Assembly (NCBI GenBank): GCA_964016885.1
Contig: OZ024742.1
Span: 186,062,001 to 186,126,000, forward strand
DNA: 64,000 bases
Reading direction: 5' to 3'
Source of the DNA: Eledone cirrhosa
Taxonomy: Eukaryota
This document shows positions 37,801 through 52,800 of this stretch, in pieces; position 1 is the first letter of the stretch, and every line of letters begins with the position of its first letter. A program made the translations under genes and the position numbers. The notes below the pieces were generated by a model that worked only from the letters and a program-made list of their open reading frames with translations, did no database searches and had not been told where the DNA came from.

Positions 37801-40800
37801 AGCTTCTATATAGAAATAGACTGGTAATATATAGAGATATTATAGTACCTTCTATGTAGAAATAGACTGGTAATAATAGAAATATTATAGTACTTTGAGT
37901 AGCTTCTATGTAGAAATAGACTGGTAATATATAGAGATATTATAGTACTTTGAGTAGCTTCTATATAGAAATAGACTGGTAATATATAGAGATATTATAG
38001 TACTTTGAGTAGCTTCTATATAGAAATAGACTGGTAATATATAGAGATATTATAGTACCTTTAGTAGCTTCTATATAGAAATAGACTGGTAATATATAGA
38101 GATATTATAGTACTTTAGTAGCTTCTATGTAGAAATAGACTGGTAATTATAGAAATATTATAGTACCTTTGAGTAGCTTCTATGTAGAAATAGACTGTAA
38201 TATATAGAGATATTATAGTACTTTGAGTAGCTTCTATGTAGAAATAGACTGGTAATATATAGATATATTATAGTACTTTGAGTAGCTTCTATGTAGAAAT
38301 AGACTGGTAATATATAGAGATATTATAGTACTTTGAGTAGCTTCTATATAGAAATAGACTGGTAATATATAGAGATATTATAGTACCTTTAGTAGCTTCT
38401 ATATAGAAATAGATTGGTAATATATAGAGATATTATAGTACCTTTAGTAGCTTCTATGTAGAAATAGACTGGTAATAATAGAAATATTATAGTACTTTGA
38501 GTAGCTTCTATGTAGAAATAGACTGGTAATATATAGAGATATTATAGTACTTTGAGTAGCTTCTATATAGAAATAGACTGGTAATATATAGAGATATTAT
38601 AGTACTTTGAGTAGCTTCTATATAGAAATAGACTGGTAATATATAGAGATATTATAGTACTTTGAGTAGCTTCTATATAGAAATAGACTGGTAATATATA
38701 GAGATATTATAGTACTTTGAGTAGCTTCTATATAGAAATAGACTGGTAATATATAGAGATATTATAGTACCTTTAGTAGCTTCTATATAGAAATAGACTG
38801 GTAATATATAGAGATATTATAGTACTTTGAGTAGCTTCTATATAGAAATAGACTGGTAATATATAGAGATATTATAGTACCTTTAGTAGCTTCTATATAG
38901 AAATACAATGGTAATATATAGAGATATTATAGTACTTTGAGTAGCTTCTATATAGAAATAGACTGGTAATATATAGAGATATTATAGTACCTTTAGTAGC
39001 TTCTATATAGAAATAGACTGGTAATATATAGAGATATTATAGTACCTTTAGTAGCTTCTATGTAGAAATAGACTGGTAATATATAGAGATATTATAGTAC
39101 ATTTAGTAGCTTCTATATAGAAATAGACTGGTAATATATAGAGATATTATAGTACCTTTAGTAGCTTCTATATAGAAATAGACTGGTAATATATAGAGAT
39201 ATTATAGTACCTTCTATGTAGAAATAGACTGGTAATAATAGAAATATTATAGTACTTTGAGTAGCTTCTATGTAGAAATAGACTGGTAATATATAGAGAT
39301 ATTATAGTACTTTGAGTAGCTTCTATATAGAAATAGACTGGTAATATATAGAGATATTATAGTACCTTTAGTAGCTTCTATATAGAAATAGACTGGTAAT
39401 ATATAGAGATATTATAGTACCTTTAGTAGCTTCTGTGTAGAAATAGACTGCTAATTATAGAAATATTATAGTACTTTGAGTAGCTTCTATATAGAAATAG
39501 ACTGGTAACATATAGAGATATTATAGTACTTTGAGTAGCTTCTATATAGAAATAGACTGGTAATATATAGAGATATTATAGTACCTTTAGTAGCTTCTAT
39601 ATAGAAATAGACTGGTAATATATAGAGATATTATAGTACTTTGAGTAGCTTCTATATAAAAATAGACTGGTAATATATAGAGATATTATAGTACCTTTAG
39701 TAGCTTCTATATAGAAATACAATGGTAATATATAGAGATATTATAGTACTTTGAGTAGCTTCTATATAGAAATAGACTGGTAATATATAGAGATATTATA
39801 GTACCTTTAGTAGCTTCTATATAGAAATAGACTGGTAATATATAGAGATATTATAGTACCTTTAGTAGCTTCTATGTAGAAATAGACTGGTAATATATAG
39901 AGATATTATAGTACCTTTAGTAGCTTCTATATAGAAATAGACTGGTAATATATACAGATATTATAGTACCTTTAGTAGCTTCTATATAGAAATAGACTGG
40001 TAATATATAGAGATATTATAGTACCTTCTATGTAGAAATAGACTGGTAATAATAGAAATATTAAAGTACTTTGAGTAGCTTCTATGTAGAAATAGACTGG
40101 TAATATATAGAGATATTATAGTACTTTGAGTAGCTTCTATATAGAAATAGACTGGTAATATATAGAGATATTATAGTACCTTTAGTAGCTTCTATATAGA
40201 AATAGACTGGTAATATATAGAGATATTATAGTACCTTTAGTAGCTTCTATGTAGAAATAGACTGGTAATTATAGAAATATTATAGTACTTTGAGTAGATT
40301 CTATGTAGAAATAGACTTGTAATATATAGAGATATTATAGTACTTTGAGTAGCTTCTATGTAGAAATAGACTGGTAATAATAGAAATATTATAGTACTTT
40401 GAGTAGCTTCTATGTAGAAATAGACTGGTAATATATAGAGATATTATAGTACCTTTAGTAGCTTCTATATAGAAATAGACTGGTAATATATAGAGATATT
40501 ATAGTACCTTCTATGTAGAAATAGACTGGTAATAATAGAAATATTATAGTACTTTGAGTAGCTTCTATGTAGAAATAGACTGGTAATATATAGAGATATT
40601 ATAGTACTTTGAGTAGCTTCTATATAGAAATAGACTGGTAATATATAGAGATATTATAGTACTTTGAGTAGCTTCTATATAGAAATAGACTGGTAATATA
40701 TAGAGATATTATAGTACCTTTAGTAGCTTCTATATAGAAATAGACTGGTAATATATAGAGATATTATAGTACCTTTAGTAGCTTCTATGTAGAAATAGAC

Positions 40801-43800
40801 TGGTAATTATAGAAATATTATAGTACTTTGAGTAGCTTCTATGTAGAAATAGACTTGTAATATATAGAGATATTATAGTACTTTGAGTAGCTTCTATGTA
40901 GAAATAGACTGGTAATAATAGAAATATTATAGTACTTTGAGTAGCTTCTATGTAGAAATAGACTGGTAATATATAGAGATATTATAGTACTTTGAGTAGC
41001 TTCTATATAGAAATAGACTGGTAATATATAGAGATATTATAGTACCTTTAGTAGCTTCTATATAGAAATAGATTGGTAATATATAGAGATATTATAGTAC
41101 CTTTAGTAGCTTCTATGTAGAAATAGACTGGTAATAATAGAAATATTATAGTACTTTGAGTAGCACTGGTAATATATAGAGATATTATAGTACTTTAGTA
41201 GCTTCTAGTATAGAAATAGGACTGGTAATATATAGAGATATTATAGTACTTTGAGTAGCTTCTAGATATATTTAGAAATAGACTGGTAATATATAGAGAA
41301 TATTATAGTACTTTGAGTAGCTTCTATATAGAAAATAGACTGGTAATATATAGAGATATTATAGTACTTTGAGTAGCTTCTATATCAGAGAATACTGGTA
41401 ATATATAGAGATATTATAGTACTTTGAGTAGCTTCTATATAGAAATAGACTGGTAATATATAGAGATATTATAGTACTTTGAGTAGCTTCTATATAGAAA
41501 TAGACTGGTAATATATAGAGATATTATAGTACTTTGAGTAGCTTCTATATAGAAATAGACTGGTAATATATAGAGATATTATAGTACTTTGAGTAGCTTC
41601 TATATAGAAATAGACTGGTAATATATAGAGATATTATAGTACCTTTAGTAGCTTCTATATAGAAATAGACTGGTAATATATAGAGATATTATAGTACCTT
41701 TGAGTAGCTTCTATATAGAAATAGACTGGTAATATATAGAGATATTATAGTACCTTAGTAGCTTCTATATAGAAATAGACTGGTAATATATAGAGATATT
41801 ATAGTACCTTTAGTAGCTTCTATGTAGAAATAGACTGGTAATATATAGAGATATTATAGTACCTTTAGTAGCTTCTATATAGAAATAGACTGGTAATATA
41901 TAGAGATATTATAGTACCTTTAGTAGCTTCTATATAGAAATAGACTGGTAATATATAGAGATATTATAGTACCTTTAGTAGCTTCTATGTAGAAATAGAC
42001 TGGTAATTATAGAAATATTATAGTACTTTGAGTAGCTTCTATGTAGAAATAGACTGGTAATATATAGAGATATTATAGTACTTTGAGTAGCTTCTATATA
42101 GAAATAGACTGGTAATATATAGAGATATTATAGTACTTTGAGTAGCTTCTATATAGAAATAGACTGGTAATATATAGAGATATTATAGTACTTTGAGTAG
42201 CTTCTATGTAGAAATAGACTGGTAATATATAGAGATATTATAGTACTTTGAGTAGCTTCTATGTAGAAATAGACTGGTAATATATAGAGATATTATAGTA
42301 CTTTGAGAGCTTCTATATAGAAATAGACTGGTAATATATAGAGATATTATAGTACTTTGAGTAGCTTCTATATAGAAATAGACTGGTAATATATAGAGAT
42401 ATTATAGTACTTTGAGTAGCTTCTATATAGAAATAGACTGGTAATATATAGAGATATTATAGTACTTTGAGTAGCTTCTATATAGAAATAGACTGGTAAT
42501 ATATAGAGATATTATAGTACTTTGAGTAGCTTCTATATAGAAATAGACTGGTAATATATAGAGATATTATAGTACCTTTAGTAGCTTCTATATAGAAATA
42601 GACTGGTAATATATAGAGATATTATAGTACCTTTGAGTAGCTTCTATATAGAAATAGACTGGTAATATATAGAGATATTATAGTACCTTTAGTAGCTTCT
42701 ATGTAGAAATAGACTGGTAATTATAGAGATATTATAGTACTTTGAGTAGCTTCTATGTAGAAATAGACTGGTAATATATAGAGATATTATAGTACCTTTA
42801 GTAGCTTCTATGTAGAAATAGACTGGTAATTATAGAAATTATAGTACTTGAGTAGCTTCTATGTAGAAATAGACTGGTAATATATAGAGATATTATAGTA
42901 CTTTGAGCAGCTTCTATATAGAAATAGACTGGTAATATATAGAGATATTATAGTACTTTGAGTAGCTTCTATATAGAAATAGACTGGTAATATATAGAGA
43001 TATTATAGTACTTTGAGTAGCTTCTATATAGAAATAGACTGGTAATATATAGAGATATTATAGTACTTTGAGTAGCTTCTATATAGAAATAGACTGGTAA
43101 TATATAGAGATATTATAGTACTTTGAGTAGCTTCTATATAGAAATAGACTGGTAATATATAGAGATATTATAGTACCTTTAGTAGCTTCTATATAGAAAT
43201 AGACTGGTAATATATAGAGATATTATAGTACCTTTAGTAGCTTCTATATAGAAATAGACTGGTAATATATAGAGATATTATAGTACCTTTAGTAGCTTCT
43301 ATGTAGAAATAGACTGGTAATAATAGAAATATTATAGTACTTTGAGTAGCTTCTATGTAGAAATAGACTGGTAATATATAGAGATATTATAGTACTTTGA
43401 GCAGCTTCTATATAGAAATAGACTGGTAATATATAGAGATATTATAGTACTTTGAGTAGCTTCTATATAGAAATAGACTGGTAATATATAGAGATATTAT
43501 AGTACTTTGAGTAGCTTCTATATAGAAATAGACTGGTAATATATAGAGATATTATAGTACTTTGAGTAGCTTCTATATAGAAATAGACTGGTAATATATA
43601 GAGATATTATAGTACCTTTAGTAGCTTCTATATAGAAATAGACTGGTAATATATAGAGATATTATAGTACCTTTAGTAGCTTCTATATAGAAATAGACTG
43701 GTAATATATAGAGATATTATAGTACCTTTAGTAGCTTCTATATAGAAATAGACTGGTAATATATAGAGATATTATAGTACCTTTAGTAGCTTCTATGTAG

Positions 43801-46800
43801 AAATAGACTGGTAATTATAGAAATATTATAGTACTTTGAGTAGATTCTATGTAGAAATAGACTGGTAATAATAGAAATATTATAGTACTTTGAGTAGCTT
43901 CTATGTAGAAATAGACTGGTAATATATAGAGATATTATAGTACCTTTAGTAGCTTCTATATAGAAATAGACTGGTAATACATAGAGATATTATAGTACCT
44001 TTAGTAGCTTCTATGTAGAAATAGACTGGTAATAATAGAAATATTATAGTACTTTGAGTAGCTTCTATGTAGAAATAGACTGGTAATATATAGAGATATT
44101 ATAGTACTTTGAGCAGCTTCTATATAGAAATAGACTGGTAATATATAGAGATATTATAGTACTTTGAGTAGCTTCTATATAGAAATAGACTGGTAATATA
44201 TAGAGATATTATAGTACTTTGAGTAGCTTCTATATAGAAATAGACTGGTAATATATAGAGATATTATAGTACTTTGAGTAGCTTCTATATAGAAATAGAC
44301 TGGTAATATATAGAGATATTATAGTACCTTTAGTAGCTTCTATATAGAAATAGACTGGTAATATATAGAGATATTATAGTACTTTGCGTAGCTTCTATAT
44401 AGAAATAGACTGGTAATATATAGAGATATTATAGTACTTTGAGTAGCTTCTATATAGAAATAGACTGGTAATATATAGAGATATTATAGTACTTTGAGTA
44501 GCTTCTACATAGAAATAGACTGGTAATATATAGAGATATTATAGTACCTTTAGTAGCTTCTATATAGAAATACAATGGTAATATATAGAGATATTATAGT
44601 ACTTTGAGTAGCTTCTATATAGAAATAGACTGGTAATATATAGAGATATTATAGTACCTTTAGTAGCTTCTATATAGAAATACAATGGTAATATATAGAG
44701 ATATTATAGTACTTTGAGTAGCTTCTATATAGAAATAGACTGGTAATATATAGAGATATTATAGTACTTTGAGTAGCTTCTATATAGAAATAGACTGGTA
44801 ATATATAGAGATATTATAGTACCTTTAGTAGCTTCTATATAGAAATAGACTGGTAATATATAGAGATATTATAGTACCTTCTATGTAGAAATAGACTGGT
44901 AATAATAGAAATATTATAGTACTTTGAGTAGCTTCTATGTAGAAATAGACTGGTAATATATAGAGATATTATAGTACTTTGAGTAGCTTCTATATAGAAA
45001 TAGACTGGTAATATATAGAGATATTATAGTACTTTGAGTAGCTTCTATATAGAAATAGACTGGTAATATATAGAGATATTATAGTACCTTTAGTAGCTTC
45101 TATATAGAAATAGACTGGTAATATATAGAGATATTATAGTACCTTTAGTAGCTTCTATGTAGAAATAGACTGGTAATTATAGAAATATTATAGTACTTTG
45201 AGTAGCTTCTATGTAGAAATAGACTTGTAATATATAGAGATATTATAGTACTTTGAGTAGCTTCTATGTAGAAATAGACTGGTAATAATAGAAATATTAT
45301 AGTACTTTGAGTAGCTTCTATGTAGAAATAGACTGGTAATATATAGAGATATTATAGTACTTTGAGTAGCTTCTATATAGAAATAGACTGGTAATATATA
45401 GAGATATTATAGTACCTTTAGTAGCTTCTATATAGAAATAGATTGGTAATATATAGAGATATTATAGTACCTTTAGTAGCTTCTATGTAGAAATAGACTG
45501 GTAATAATAGAAATATTATAGTACTTTGAGTAGCTTCTATGTAGAAATAGACTGGTAATATATAGAGATATTATAGTACTTTGAGTAGCTTCTATATAGA
45601 AATAGACTGGTAATATATAGAGATATTATAGTACTTTGAGTAGCTTCTATATAGAAATAGACTGGTAATATATAGAGATATTATAGTACTTTGAGTAGCT
45701 TCTATATAGAAATAGACTGGTAATATATAGAGATATTATAGTACTTTGAGTAGCTTCTATATAGAAATAGACTGGTAATATATAGAGATATTATAGTACC
45801 TTTAGTAGCTTCTATATAGAAATAGACTGGTAATATATAGAGATATTATAGTACTTTGAGTAGCTTCTATATAGAAATAGACTGGTGATATATAGAGATA
45901 TTATAGTACCTTTAGTAGCTTCTATATAGAAATAGACTGGTAATATATATAGATATTATAGTACCTTTAGTAGCTTCTATGTAGAAATAGACTGGTAATA
46001 TATAGAGATATTATAGTACCTTTAGTAGCTTCTATATAGAAATAGACTGGTAATATATAGAGATATTATAGTACCTTTAGTAGCTTCTATATAGAAATAG
46101 ACTGGTAATATATAGAGATATTATAGTACCTTCTATGTAGAAATAGACTGGTAATAATAGAAATATTATAGTACTTTGAGTAGCTTCTATGTAGAAATAG
46201 ACTGGTAATATATAGAGATATTATAGTACTTTGAGTAGCTTCTATATAGAAATAGACTGGTAATATATAGAGATATTATAGTACCTTTAGTAGCTTCTAT
46301 ATAGAAATAGACTGGTAATATATAGAGATATTATAGTACCTTTAGTAGCTTCTGTGTAGAAATAGACTGCTAATTATAGAAATATTATAGTACTTTGAGT
46401 AGCTTCTATGTAGAAATAGACTGGTAATATATAGAGATATTATAGTACTTTGAGCAGCTTCTATACAGAAATAGACTGGTAATATATAGAGATATTATAG
46501 TACTTTGAGTAGCTTCTATATAGAAATAGACTGGTAATATATAGAGATATTATAGTACTTTGAGTAGCTTCTATATAGAAATAGACTGGTAATATATAGA
46601 GATATTATAGTACTTTGAGTAGCTTCTATATAGAAATAGACTGGTAATATATAGAGATATTATAGTACCTTTAGTAGCTTCTATATAGAAATAGACTGGT
46701 AATATATAGAGATATTATAGTACTTTGAGTAGCTTCTATATAGAAATAGACTGGTAATATATAGAGATATTATAGTACTTTGAGTAGCTTCTATATAGAA

Positions 46801-49800
46801 ATAGACTGGTAATATATAGAGATATTATAGTACTTTGAGTAGCTTCTATATAGAAATAGACTGGTAATATATAGAGATATTATAGTACCTTTAGTAGCTT
46901 CTATATAGAAATACAATGGTAATATATAGAGATAATATAGTACCTTTAGTAGCTTCTATATAGAAATATACTGGTAATATTTAGAGATATTATAGTACCT
47001 TTAGTAGCTTCTATATAGAAATAGACTGGTAATATATAGAGATATTATAGTACCTTTAGTAGCTTCTATGTAGAAATAGACTGGTAATTATAGAAATATT
47101 ATAGTACTTTGAGTAGCTTCTATGTAGAAATAGACTTGTAATATATAGAGATATTATAGTACTTTGAGTAGCTTCTATGTAGAAATAGACTGGTAATAAT
47201 AGAAATATTATAGTACTTTGAGTAGCTTCTATGTAGAAATAGACTGGTAATATATAGAGATATTATAGTACTTTGAGCAGCTTCTATATAGAAATAGACT
47301 GGTAATATATAGAGATATTATAGTACTTTGAGTAGCTTCTATATAGAAATAGACTGGTAATATATAGAGATATTATAGTACTTTGAGCAGCTTCTATATA
47401 GAAATAGACTGGTAATATATAGAGATATTATAGTACTTTGAGTAGCTTCTATATAGAAATAGACTGGTAATATATAGAGATATTATAGTACTTTGAGTAG
47501 CTTCTATATAGAAATAGACTGGTAATATATAGAGATATTATAGTACCTTTAGTAGCTTCTATATAGAAATAGACTGGTAATATATAGAGATATTATAGTA
47601 CCTTTAGTAGCTTCTATATAGAAATAGACTGGTAATATATAGAGATATTATAGTACCTTTAGTAGCTTCTATGTAGAAATAGACTGGTAATAATAGAAAT
47701 ATTATAGTACTTTGAGTAGCTTCTATGTAGAAATAGACTGGTAATATATAGAGATATTATAGTACTTTGAGCAGCTTCTATATAGAAATAGACTGGTAAT
47801 ATATAGAGATATTATAGTACTTTGAGTAGCTTCTATATAGAAATAGACTGGTAATATATAGAGATATTATAGTACTTTGAGTAGCTTCTATATAGAAATA
47901 GACTGGTAATATATAGAGATATTATAGTACTTTGAGTAGCTTCTATATAGAAATAGACTGGTAATATATAGAGATATTATAGTACCTTTAGTAGCTTCTA
48001 TATAGAAATAGACTGGTAATATATAGAGATATTATAGTACCTTTAGTAGCTTCTATATAGAAATAGACTGGTAATATATAGAGATATTATAGTACCTTTA
48101 GTAGCTTCTATATAGAAATAGACTGGTAATATATAGAGATATTATAGTACCTTTAGTAGCTTCTATGTAGAAATAGACTGGTAATTATAGAAATATTATA
48201 GTACTTTGAGTAGATTCTATGTAGAAATAGACTGGTAATAATAGAAATATTATAGTACTTTGAGTAGCTTCTATGTAGAAATAGACTGGTAATATATAGA
48301 GATATTATAGTACCTTTAGTAGCTTCTATATAGAAATAGACTGGTAATACATAGAGATATTATAGTACCTTTAGTAGCTTCTATGTAGAAATAGACTGGT
48401 AATAATAGAAATATTATAGTACTTTGAGTAGCTTCTATGTAGAAATAGACTGGTAATATATAGAGATATTATAGTACTTTGAGCAGCTTCTATATAGAAA
48501 TAGACTGGTAATATATAGAGATATTATAGTACTTTGAGTAGCTTCTATATAGAAATAGACTGGTAATATATAGAGATATTATAGTACTTTGAGTAGCTTC
48601 TATATAGAAATAGACTGGTAATATATAGAGATATTATAGTACTTTGAGTAGCTTCTATATAGAAATAGACTGGTAATATATAGAGATATTATAGTACCTT
48701 TAGTAGCTTCTATATAGAAATAGACTGGTAATATATAGAGATATTATAGTACTTTGCGTAGCTTCTATATAGAAATAGACTGGTAATATATAGAGATATT
48801 ATAGTACTTTGAGTAGCTTCTATATAGAAATAGACTGGTAATATATAGAGATATTATAGTACTTTGAGTAGCTTCTACATAGAAATAGACTGGTAATATA
48901 TAGAGATATTATAGTACCTTTAGTAGCTTCTATATAGAAATACAATGGTAATATATAGAGATATTATAGTACTTTGAGTAGCTTCTATATAGAAATAGAC
49001 TGGTAATATATAGAGATATTATAGTACCTTTAGTAGCTTCTATATAGAAATACAATGGTAATATATAGAGATATTATAGTACTTTGAGTAGCTTCTATAT
49101 AGAAATAGACTGGTAATATATAGAGATATTATAGTACTTTGAGTAGCTTCTATATAGAAATAGACTGGTAATATATAGAGATATTATAGTACCTTTAGTA
49201 GCTTCTATATAGAAATAGACTGGTAATATATAGAGATATTATAGTACCTTTAGTAGCTTCTATATAGAAATAGACTGGTAATATATAGAGATATTATAGT
49301 ACCTTTAGTAGCTTCTATGTAGAAATAGACTGGTAATAATAGAAATATTATAGTACTTTGAGTAGCTTCTATGTAGAAATAGACTGGTAATATATAGAGA
49401 TATTATAGTACTTTGAGCAGCTTCTATATAGAAATAGACTGGTAATATATAGAGATATTATAGTACTTTGAGTAGCTTCTATATAGAAATAGACTGGTAA
49501 TATATAGAGATATTATAGTACTTTGAGTAGCTTCTATATAGAAATAGACTGGTAATATATAGAGATATTATAGTACTTTGAGTAGCTTCTATATAGAAAT
49601 AGACTGGTAATATATAGAGATATTATAGTACCTTTAGTAGCTTCTATATAGAAATAGACTGGTAATATATAGAGATATTATAGTACCTTTAGTAGCTTCT
49701 ATATAGAAATAGACTGGTAATATATAGAGATATTATAGTACCTTTAGTAGCTTCTATATAGAAATAGACTGGTAATATATAGAGATATTATAGTACCTTT

Positions 49801-52800
49801 AGTAGCTTCTATGTAGAAATAGACTGGTAATTATAGAAATATTATAGTACTTTGAGTAGATTCTATGTAGAAATAGACATGTAATATATAGAGATATTAT
49901 AGTACTTTGAGTAGCTTCTATGTAGAAATAGACTGGTAATAATAGAAATATTATAGTACTTTGAGTAGCTTCTATGTAGAAATAGACTGGTAATATATAG
50001 AGATATTATAGTACCTTTAGTAGCTTCTATATAGAAATAGACTGGTAATATATAGAGATATTATAGTACCTTTAGTAGCTTCTATGTAGAAATAGACTGG
50101 TAATTATAGAAATATTATAGTACTTTGAGTAGATTCTATGTAGAAATAGACTGGTAATAATAGAAATATTATAGTACTTTGAGTAGCTTCTATGTAGAAA
50201 TAGACTGGTAATATATAGAGATATTATAGTACCTTTAGTAGCTTCTATATAGAAATAGACTGGTAATATATAGAGATATTATAGTACCTTTAGTAGCTTC
50301 TATGTAGAAATAGACTGGTAATAATAGAAATATTATAGTACTTTGAGTAGCTTCTATGTAGAAATAGACTGGTAATATATAGAGATATTATAGTACTTTG
50401 AGCAGCTTCTATATAGAAATAGACTGGTAATATATAGAGATATTATAGTACTTTGAGTAGCTTCTATATAGAAATAGACTGGTAATATATAGAGATATTA
50501 TAGTACTTTGAGTAGCTTCTATATAGAAATAGACTGGTAATATATAGAGATATTATAGTACTTTGAGTAGCTTCTATATAGAAATAGACTGGTAATATAT
50601 AGAGATATTATAGTACTTTGAGCAGCTTCTATATAGAAATAGACTGGTAATATATAGAGATATTATAGTACTTTGAGTAGCTTCTATATAGAAATAGACT
50701 GGTAATATATAGAGATATTATAGTACTTTGAGTAGCTTCTATATAGAAATAGACTGGTAATATATAGAGATATTATAGTACTTTGAGTAGCTTCTACATA
50801 GAAATAGACTGGTAATATATAGAGATATTATAGTACCTTTAGTAGCTTCTATATAGAAATACAATGGTAATATATAGAGATATTATAGTACCTTTAGTAG
50901 CTTCTATATAGAAATAGACTGGTAATATTTAGAGATATTATAGTACCTTTAGTAGCTTCTATATAGAAATAGACTGGTAATATATAGAGATATTATAGTA
51001 CCTTTAGTAGCTTCTATGTAGAAATAGACTGGTAATTATAGAAATATTATAGTACTTTGAGTAGCTTCTATGTAGAAATAGACTTGTAATATATAGAGAT
51101 ATTATAGTACTTTGAGTAGCTTCTATGTAGAAATAGACTGGTAATAATAGAAATATTATAGTACTTTGAGTAGCTTCTATGTAGAAATAGACTGGTAATA
51201 TATAGAGATATTATAGTACTTTGAGTAGCTTCTATATAGAAATAGACTGGTAATATATAGAGATATTATAGTACCTTTAGTAGCTTCTATATAGAAATAG
51301 ACTGGTAATATATAGAGATATTATAGTACCTTTAGTAGCTTCTATGTAGAAATAGACTGGTAATAATAGAAATATTATAGTACTTTGAGTAGCTTCTATG
51401 TAGAAATAGACTGGTAATATATAGAGATATTATAGTACTTTGAGCAGCTTCTATATAGAAATAGACTGGTAATATATAGAGATATTATAGTACTTTGAGT
51501 AGCTTCTATATAGAAATAGACTGGTAATATATAGAGATATTATAGTACTTTGAGTAGCTTCTATATAGAAATAGACTGGTAATATATAGAGATATTATAG
51601 TACTTTGAGTAGCTTCTATATAGAAATAGACTGGTAACATATAGAGATATTATAGTACCTTTAGTAGCTTCTATATAGAAATAGACTGGTAATATATAGA
51701 GATATTATAGTACTTTGCGTAGCTTCTATATAGAAATAGACTGGTAATATATAGAGATATTATAGTACTTTGAGTAGCTTCTATATAGAAATAGACTGGT
51801 AATATATAGAGATATTATAGTACTTTGAGTAGCTTCTACATAGAAATAGACTGGTAATATATAGAGATATTATAGTACCTTTAGTAGCTTCTATATAGAA
51901 ATACAATGGTAATATATAGAGATATTATAGTACTTTGAGTAGCTTCTATATAGAAATAGACTGGTAATATATAGAGATATTATAGTACCTTTAGTAGCTT
52001 CTATATAGAAATACAATGGTAATATATAGAGATATTATAGTACTTTGAGTAGCTTCTATATAGAAATAGACTGGTAATATATAGAGATATTATAGTACTT
52101 TGAGTAGCTTCTATATAGAAATAGACTGGTAATATATAGAGGTATTATAGTACCTTTAGTAGCTTCTATATAGAAATAGACTGGTAATATATAGAGATAT
52201 TATAGTACCTTTAGTAGCTTCTATATAGAAATAGACTGGTAATATATAGAGATATTATAGTACCTTTAGTAGCTTCTATATAGAAATAGACTGGTAATAT
52301 ATAGAGATATTATAGTACCTTCTATGTAGAAATAGACTGGTAATAATATAAATATTATAGTACTTTGAGTAGCTTCTATGTAGAAATAGACTGGTAATAT
52401 ATAGAGATATTATAGTACTTTGAGTAGCTTCTATATAGAAATAGACTGGTAATATATAGAGATATTATAGTACTTTGAGTAGCTTCTATATAGAAATAGA
52501 CTGGTAATATATAGAGATATTATAGTACCTTTAGTAGCTTCTATATAGAAATAGACTGGTAATATATAGAGATATTATAGTACCTTTAGTAGCTTCTATG
52601 TAGAAATAGACTGGTAATTATAGAAATATTATAGTACTTTGAGTAGCTTCTATGTAGAAATAGACTTGTAATATATAGAGATATTATAGTACTTTGAGTA
52701 GCTTCTATGTAGAAATAGACTGGTAATAATAGAAATATTATAGTACTTTGAGTAGCTTCTATGTAGAAATAGACTGGTAATATATAGAGATATTATAGTA